From Kiritimatiellia bacterium (GTDB taxonomy: Bacteria > Verrucomicrobiota > Kiritimatiellia > JAAZAB01): a DNA stretch of 64,000 nucleotides. The stretch covers positions 224,001-288,000 of the forward strand of contig JAXGPF010000004.1 in assembly GCA_040767085.1 (NCBI GenBank). The letters are read 5' to 3'. The position numbers were made by a program, and so were the translations under genes. The notes under the pieces are model-generated. The model saw only the letters and a program-made list of their open reading frames with translations. It was not told the DNA's origin and searched no databases. This document shows positions 57,738 to 64,000 of this stretch, one piece after another. The first letter of the stretch is position 1. Every line of letters starts with the position of its first letter.

Positions 57738-60700
57738 ATGCATAGAACCATGGCGGCAGATTTCAAGAATCCCGGCAGCGCGTTCCGCGCCAAGCCATTC
57801 TGGGCGTGGAACGGCAAACTGGATGAAACCGAGTTGCGCCGGCAAATCCGCGTGATGCAACGCATGGGCCTGGGCGGCTTTTTCATGCATTCGCGCGTTG
57901 GACTGGACACCCCTTACCTCTCCGATGAATGGTTCCGCCTGGTCGGCGCCTGCGTCGATGAAGCCCGTCAAAACGGGATGGAAGCCTGGCTCTACGACGA
58001 GGACCGCTGGCCTTCGGGCGCCGGCGGCGGTTTGGTGACCAAAAATCCGAAATACCGCGCGCGCACACTGGTGATGGACGAACTGGCCAAGCCGGCCGAT
58101 CTCCGGTGCCGGAATAACTGGCTGGCGGTTTTCATCGCGCGCCGGCAGGATGCGGGAACGCTGGCATACGCGCGCCGCACTGCCCGGCCCGGCGCCGCCC
58201 GATTGGCGCGCGGCGAGTTTCTGCTGGCATTTCGCTCTGAAATGATGCCGGACAGTTCATGGTTCAATGGCTATACATACCTGGACACACTTAATCCCGC
58301 CGCAGTGCGTAAATTCATCCGCGTCACCCATGCGGAATACGCCCGGCGTTTCGGCAAGCAATTCGGGCGGACCATTCCCGGAATCTTTACCGACGAACCG
58401 CATCACGGCCCCATGTTCAACCATGCGCTGGAGAGCGCCGGGATTCCCTGGACCGATGCCCTTCCCACAATCTTCCGGCAACGTTATGATTACGACCTGC
58501 TGCCGCGCCTGCCGGAGTTGTTTTATGACCTCGCCGGACTACCCGTATCCCAGGCGCGCTACCATTACCATGACTGCCTGTCCTGGATGTTCAGCGAGTA
58601 TTTCTGCCGCCAGATCGGCGAGTGGTGCGCGCGGCATAACCTGCCGCTCACCGGACACCTGCTCTTCGAGGATTCCCTGACCGGGCAGACCAATGCCTCC
58701 GGCGATTGCATGCGCGCTTATGAACACATGCAGATTCCGGGGATGGACCTGCTGACCGAGCGCGCCCGTTTTTACAATACGGCCAAACAGGTGTCGTCGG
58801 TGGCGCGCCAATTCGGGCGCCAGTGGCGCCTGACCGAGACTTACGGTTGCACCGGCTGGGATTTTTCGTTTGAAAGCCATAAGGCGTTGGGCGACTGGCA
58901 GATGGCACTGGGCATCAACCTGCGCTGCCAGCACCTGAGCTACTTCACCATGGCCGGCTCAGCCAAGCGCGATTACCCCGCATCCATCTTTTACCAATCG
59001 CCCTGGTGGGAATCATACGGCAAGGTGGAGGATTATTTCGCCAGGATTAATGCCATCATGACACGGGGAGAGGAAGTGCGCGACCTGCTGGTAATCCATC
59101 CGGTGGAATCCGCCTGGCTGCTATATCAAATGGAATTTGCCAAAACGCATACCCAGGCCGATATCAACCAAAAATTCATCAAACTGACCGAATACCTCCT
59201 GCAGCACCAGTTGGATTTCGATTTCGGCGCCGAATCCATCCTCCAAAAACACGGCCGGGCGCAGATCGGCCGCGGCGGCGTTCGCCTGGTGGTTAATCGC
59301 GCGGCTTATACTACCGTGCTGGTGCCGGAAATGCTCACCATGCGCTCATCCACCCTGCGCCTGCTGCAAAAGTTTTCCGCGCAGGGCGGCCGCCTGGTGT
59401 TTCTGGGCGCGCCACCCCCGCTGGTGGATGCCCAGCCGTCCAGCCTGCCGGCCAACCTGGCTGATAATTGCGCCCGGATTGCCGGACTGACCCCCGCCCT
59501 CGTCCGGGCACTGGAACCCACCTGCCGCCGGATTAAAATCACGGATGAAGCGGGCAAGCCGGTGCATTCGGCGCTTTATCTCCTGCGCCAGGATGCGGGC
59601 GCTTATTACCTGTTCGTCGCCAATACCAGCCATTCCCGCGCCCAACTCAAGCGCTTCATGGATGCCAGGATATGCGACAGGCAGGCAGCATGGCGCGAAA
59701 TCATCATCCGCGGCTTCGCCGATTGCGCCGGCGCGCCCCAGGCCTGGAATCCCGAAACCGGCCAAATCTTTACCGCCAACGCCCATCAAGCGCCGGACGG
59801 CGCCTGGGAAATCCGCGCGCCATTCCACCGCCTGGCCAGCCATGTGTTCGTCATCCCAAAACGCCCTGCCCGGGCGCATTTACCGCCGTCAAAATCGCCG
59901 CGCATAACTAAAACCATTAAATTGCCGGCCGGACAACGCCCGTTTGCCATGAGCGAACAGAATGTCCTGGCCCTGGACCGGCCCGCGTTCCGTCTTAATC
60001 ACAGTCCATGGCAGCCGACCGGCGATATTCTGCGGGTTGACCGGCTGATTCGCGAGAAGCTGGGACTGCCTCTGCGTTCCGGCCGCATGGTTCAGCCCTG
60101 GGCCCGCTCGGACGAAACCAATGCCGCCGCCGCCCGGGTCGAATTGCGTTACACCATCAACGTTAAACATCCACCGTCCGGCATGCTGCACCTTGCCATC
60201 GAACAGCCCGGCGACTTTGATATCCGGCTCAACGGAATGCCATTGCCGGCGGAAACCGATGCCGGCTGGTGGTGCGACCAGTCGCTTCGCCTGCTGCCGG
60301 TTGATCCGGCCCTGCTGCGGATCGGTACAAACGAACTTGCCTTGACCAACGCGCGCTACACGGCGCGTTCCAACCTTGAAATAATTTACCTGCAGGGCGA
60401 CTTCGGCGTTGCTTTGCGCGGAAGCGAGGCCTCTCTGACCCGGCCGCCAGCCTTTTTGAAACTCGGGGATTGGACCCGGCAAGGCCTGCCGTTTTATTCA
60501 GGCAATCTTACTTACCGGTGGCACAACGTCAAAATACCGCACAACCCCGGAGTGACTTATGCCTTGACTATTCCGGCATTCCGCGGGGTGGCGGTGCGGG
60601 TGCTGCTCAATGGGCGGCCGGCCGGGATTGCAGCCTGGCCGCCCTACGAAGTGGACATCACCGACCATTGCACGGGCAGCCCGTTGACCATCGGCGTGGA

Positions 60701-60872
60701 AATCCTGGGACACCGGCGCAATTCGCACGGGCCGCTGCATCATGCGGAAAAGTGGCCGCACTGGACCGGCCCGGCCGAATTCGAAACTGCGGATGACCAA
60801 TGGCAGGATGATTACCAACTGGTCCCCTGCGGCCTGATGGCGCCGCCAAAAATATTAATCCGCCAGGCTTGA
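57738..60872 (+). CDS. GH106-like glycoside hydrolase (alpha-L-rhamnosidase family)
   Basis: PFWAWNGKL, GGFFMHSRVGL, WLYDEDRWPSG, FTDEP, TETYG. Confidence 0.82.
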   Translation: MHRTMAADFKNPGSAFRAKPFWAWNGKLDETELRRQIRVMQRMGLGGFFMHSRVGLDTPYLSDEWFRLVGACVDEARQNGMEAWLYDEDRWPSGAGGGLVTKNPKYRARTLVMDELAKPADLRCRNNWLAVFIARRQDAGTLAYARRTARPGAARLARGEFLLAFRSEMMPDSSWFNGYTYLDTLNPAAVRKFIRVTHAEYARRFGKQFGRTIPGIFTDEPHHGPMFNHALESAGIPWTDALPTIFRQRYDYDLLPRLPELFYDLAGLPVSQARYHYHDCLSWMFSEYFCRQIGEWCARHNLPLTGHLLFEDSLTGQTNASGDCMRAYEHMQIPGMDLLTERARFYNTAKQVSSVARQFGRQWRLTETYGCTGWDFSFESHKALGDWQMALGINLRCQHLSYFTMAGSAKRDYPASIFYQSPWWESYGKVEDYFARINAIMTRGEEVRDLLVIHPVESAWLLYQMEFAKTHTQADINQKFIKLTEYLLQHQLDFDFGAESILQKHGRAQIGRGGVRLVVNRAAYTTVLVPEMLTMRSSTLRLLQKFSAQGGRLVFLGAPPPLVDAQPSSLPANLADNCARIAGLTPALVRALEPTCRRIKITDEAGKPVHSALYLLRQDAGAYYLFVANTSHSRAQLKRFMDARICDRQAAWREIIIRGFADCAGAPQAWNPETGQIFTANAHQAPDGAWEIRAPFHRLASHVFVIPKRPARAHLPPSKSPRITKTIKLPAGQRPFAMSEQNVLALDRPAFRLNHSPWQPTGDILRVDRLIREKLGLPLRSGRMVQPWARSDETNAAAARVELRYTINVKHPPSGMLHLAIEQPGDFDIRLNGMPLPAETDAGWWCDQSLRLLPVDPALLRIGTNELALTNARYTARSNLEIIYLQGDFGVALRGSEASLTRPPAFLKLGDWTRQGLPFYSGNLTYRWHNVKIPHNPGVTYALTIPAFRGVAVRVLLNGRPAGIAAWPPYEVDITDHCTGSPLTIGVEILGHRRNSHGPLHHAEKWPHWTGPAEFETADDQWQDDYQLVPCGLMAPPKILIRQA

Positions 60873-61093
60873 TGGGCGCGGATAATGGCGGCGTAGATTC
60901 CCGGCAGGAAGTCCAAGTTCCGCAATCCTGAACCATCGCTGAAATTGCGCGTGTTTTCATGCACATACCGGAAAACAACTTGGCATATTTTTGATGGAGC
61001 CGGAACGCCCTCGTCCCGTTTCTGGACGGTTTGGCCCGACAAACCGCGTAAAAAAGTGCCAAGTCATTTTCACCCTGCATCAGGGAGGAAATA

Positions 61094-61174
61094 ATGGCGC
61101 CCCGGCTGCCCGGCAGTCGGATCTATAAATGTAATGCCCTGCCGGAACGCCCCCAGCCAAGCAAAGGCCGATGA
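61094..61174 (+). other. 26-codon ORF behind a strong SD (small peptide or gene stump)
   Basis: CAGGGAGGAAATA-ATG, translating to MAPRLPGSRIYKCNALPERPQPSKGR*. Confidence 0.3.
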
Positions 61175-61210
61175 CCGCCCGACAAAGGGTAATTTCAAAG
61201 TAATCACCAT

Positions 61211-62638
61211 TCACCTGCGGGTGTAAATATGAATCCGGCTGTCATGGTGGCCCACCATCACAATATCGTCAGTGGCCGCGCCGGTGACTTTGGCCGCAAT
61301 AGCGCACATCGGCACGCATGTAATGGGAAAAATATCCACCGGCTGCCCGTACCGGTCAATGATATGCATGAAGCGCAGCCAGCATTCCTCGTGCCTGGCC
61401 AACTCTTCCAGGGAACAATTGGTCTTATAGCAACCGCGTACGCGCGTTACCGGGAACCCGGAATATTCCGGCTGCGCGAACTCAATTTTGCCCTTGCCGC
61501 TCCAGTTGACCAGCGCGCCGGCGGTCGTCAGCCGGCCGAAAGGAACATCATCGCAAAGACAGGTGTAGTTGTCATAAGTCCAGAGCGGTTCCCCATGGCA
61601 CGTAAACAAGTGCGACCGGCGTCGGTAAGATTCGGCGACATACACTTCTTTCCCGGGTTTATCGGGGAACAAATCGGCAACGATAATTTTCTGTACGTGG
61701 TCATAATTCACGCCATCTTCATCCTTCTTCCAGATGATATTGCCGTTTTGATCAATAATGTTCGGCCCGCAAACCAAGGCCACCTGCCGGCCATGGCAAG
61801 CGTCAGTTTCCGGCAGCACCCGATCAATGACGAAATCATCAACATGCGAATCCTTGCCCAACTCGGTCGGAACGTGTTTCCGCTATAATAGATTACCATC
61901 ACAATCAATAACCCAGAATTGGGCGACATGCTCCCGCAGCCCCATACTGAACCCCAGTTCCGGGCGGCCATCCGCATTCAAGTCCCCGTGATGCATGCAA
62001 TCAACGAAAATATCGCCCGGAGTTTTCAACTCCCAAAGCACTGTGCCGCCGGCCGTGACAGCTTTAACGCATCCTGTGTCATTTGCGTCATGCGGCTTGG
62101 TGACCGTGGCTACGATCATATTTTCGCCCCGTTGGGCGTCATAAATACAATTCCAGAGCGCACAGAGCCCGCCCAGGTCAATGGTATTTTTAATGCGCCC
62201 CGTCATGCCGTCCAGGACATAAATGGGGCCGTCGCCGACAATAACTTCTTTGCGCCCATCCTGATCAACATCCGCAATCTCCGTCAACAGATGACGATGC
62301 GCGCTCTTATACCAGACATGCACCAGATCGAAGGGTGGTTTTTCCGGATCGTTATACCAGGCATGATAAAATTTAATGTCGCGATTTTCCCAGACCATTT
62401 CACCGTCGCCGCGATAAAGCCTGACCAGATCGGCTTCGCCAATATTGAACGGAATGGCAATTTCATCCAGACCGTCGCCATCCACATCGGCGACGGCTAT
62501 ATTGCAGGAATTAATTGTCTGCTCATCAGCCAGCTTGATTACCCGGTGATGAATCCGTTCGCCGGGGAAAACAAGTTCCACGCCGGCCGGCGCCTTTAAA
62601 TAACCGTTATTAAATCTTTCTTTGATGTTATTCATCAT
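61211..62638 (-). pseudogene. FG-GAP/VCBS beta-propeller protein split by one in-frame TAG
   Basis: ORFs 61883-62638 and 61211-61861 share a frame (DGNLL*RKHV); DVDGDGLDE repeats. Confidence 0.8.
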
Positions 62639-62714
62639 GCAGGCCTTTCAGCCCCCTGTTAATCTTGACCTTAAAATTAAAACGAATAAATCGCCGATGC
62701 CGGTTTGTCATTTA

Positions 62715-62816
62715 TTATCGAATGCCATACAGCGTTCCCCGCGGCAGATATTCGTAACAGCCCATGTCCGCCTGTCCGCGCCGCGATGCCTGTCAGGCGG
62801 AATATTCCAGGTCCAT
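62715..62816 (-). pseudogene. C-terminal remnant of a third choice-of-anchor-Q-like protein
   Basis: Manual translation ...GQADMGCYEYLPRGTLYGIR* with a degraded upstream MDLE..RLDR-like stretch. Confidence 0.75.
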
Positions 62817-63080
62817 GTGCCTGACGGAAATTTGCAGGCCGACGCGGTACACCTGGCGTTGCCACTCCCCCCAACAAAGATCGCAACTCGCCGGGCGCCG
62901 TCAATTCATAAAAATTGCCGAAATGGGCGGGCGCGCATAGCCTGCGGAGTTGCATGCAAGATATAATATTTTCTTGATGATGACTCTGTTTTGTAAGCAA
63001 CGCGGCCCTTAAGCCAGCTTCACATATTTTCTTTTTGCGGATTTTGCGACCGCGGCGGCGTCTGAAATTGGTTCAGACCA

Positions 63081-64000
63081 TCACGCCTTTCTTGCCGCCA
63101 GCGTGGCGTCGAACGCCTGGTCCGTGGCCGTGTATTCCGGATTGATGGCGCCGGCCGGCGCGCGCCGCGCGAGCCAGTCCGGGTCCAGGCTCAACTCCGG
63201 CTGGAAATCCGCGCCGGCGGCATACGCCGCCATGCGGCCCAGCAAGTAGACGCTCCCCGGATCACCCGGCAAAAGATTCAACGAACACACCAGCAGCCGC
63301 CCCGCACCCATCCGGCATTCGAACAAGGCCGCCTGCTTGACAATCAGTTTGAAGGACGACACCACTTCAATGATGGGCTTAAATTCCATGGGCAAATCGT
63401 CGAACACCACGGCGGCGCCGCCCTCGAGCATGGAATAAAACTGCCAGCCGCACCAGCCGGCATGCGGGAAATCGCGCGTCAGCGGATGATCGTAAATGAC
63501 CGTCGCCATGTTACCGAGGGCACGCCCGGCGGAACAGGAGTGAAACTCGGTCGGCAATGCCGCAAAAGGATTGTGCCCGAGCAAAATGATTACTCCACCC
63601 CCGCGCAAATGCGACATCGCCGCGTCAGTCAATGCCGGCACGATCCGGATCGCTGCCGGCCGCCCGCCCGCCTCGGACTGACAAAACCGCCGCCATTTTT
63701 TTAACAAGGCTCCGTCCAGCGACACCGCCGGCGCGCCGGCCGGCTGGGGATAAACGTAAAAATCCCACAGGTTGTCCAGTTCCTGTTCCGGAGCGACCAG
63801 CCGCGCGTGCAGGGTCAGATGTTCCGCCCGCGATACCTCCGGCATCCGCAAGCTAATCGTCCCCAGTTTGCGGATTTGCCCGGGCGCCAGATTGCGGAAC
63901 GGCAATGTGCCGCGCGCGCGCGTCAACCCCGCATCATCCGCCAGCCGCCACTCCACCAGCCCGTTTTTGACCCGGGCGGGCGCGAACCACGACACATGCA
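63081..64000 (-). CDS. Partial (C-terminal) GH2-like protein, paralog of 32510-35374
   Basis: GNMATVIYDHPLTRDFPHAGWCGWQFY vs GNSGTIVRRHPILKNFPHEGFCDLQFY; LFE..G.GRLLV in both. Confidence 0.75.
   Translation of the reverse strand, partial: HVSWFAPARVKNGLVEWRLADDAGLTRARGTLPFRNLAPGQIRKLGTISLRMPEVSRAEHLTLHARLVAPEQELDNLWDFYVYPQPAGAPAVSLDGALLKKWRRFCQSEAGGRPAAIRIVPALTDAAMSHLRGGGVIILLGHNPFAALPTEFHSCSAGRALGNMATVIYDHPLTRDFPHAGWCGWQFYSMLEGGAAVVFDDLPMEFKPIIEVVSSFKLIVKQAALFECRMGAGRLLVCSLNLLPGDPGSVYLLGRMAAYAAGADFQPELSLDPDWLARRAPAGAINPEYTATDQAFDATLAARKA

Noticed and set aside
60980-60996. Second sigma54 promoter (TGGCATATTTTTGA)
   Set aside because: Spacing is 9 nt and the -12 dinucleotide is GA, not GC.
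6763-61885. Alternative genetic code or pyrrolysine read-through of TAG, suggested by two in-frame TAGs
   Set aside because: TAG terminates other genes normally (20596, 49083), the 61883 case is explained by TGG to TAG, and no pyl genes or suppressor tRNA are visible.
1-64000. rRNA, tRNA, known riboswitches, prophage or defence systems
   Set aside because: No recognisable signatures by eye; a covariance-model search would be needed to exclude small RNAs.

Overview
64 kb from a GC-rich bacterium. Gene content and style suggest a PVC-superphylum member such as Kiritimatiellota or Lentisphaerota (inference only; no marker gene is present). Most of the window is a carbohydrate-degradation region: GH2-like x2, GH3, GH78, GH106-like, two secreted unclassified TIM-barrel glycosidase-like proteins, LamG and parallel beta-helix proteins, and AraC x2 plus IclR regulators. 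A central housekeeping-like block (15.5-32.4 kb) holds PTS enzyme I, a PAS-REC protein, two NfeD genes, a HEAT protein and a likely complete glucosylglycerate/mannosylglucosylglycerate compatible-solute locus with a sigma54-type promoter. One intact IS1202-family element has a 16-bp target duplication. Features not in the ORF track: (i) a conserved extreme C-terminal motif shared by two secreted beta-helix proteins and a hidden third gene remnant; (ii) a 4x39-bp REP-like array inserted in-frame in a protein, with related intergenic copies; (iii) a three-copy ~55-bp intergenic element ending in a hairpin just upstream of genes; (iv) a palindromic operator-like motif at three promoters; (v) several collapsed or nonsense pseudogenes. 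No rRNA, tRNA or CRISPR was seen. All product calls come from motif recognition by eye, not database searches.
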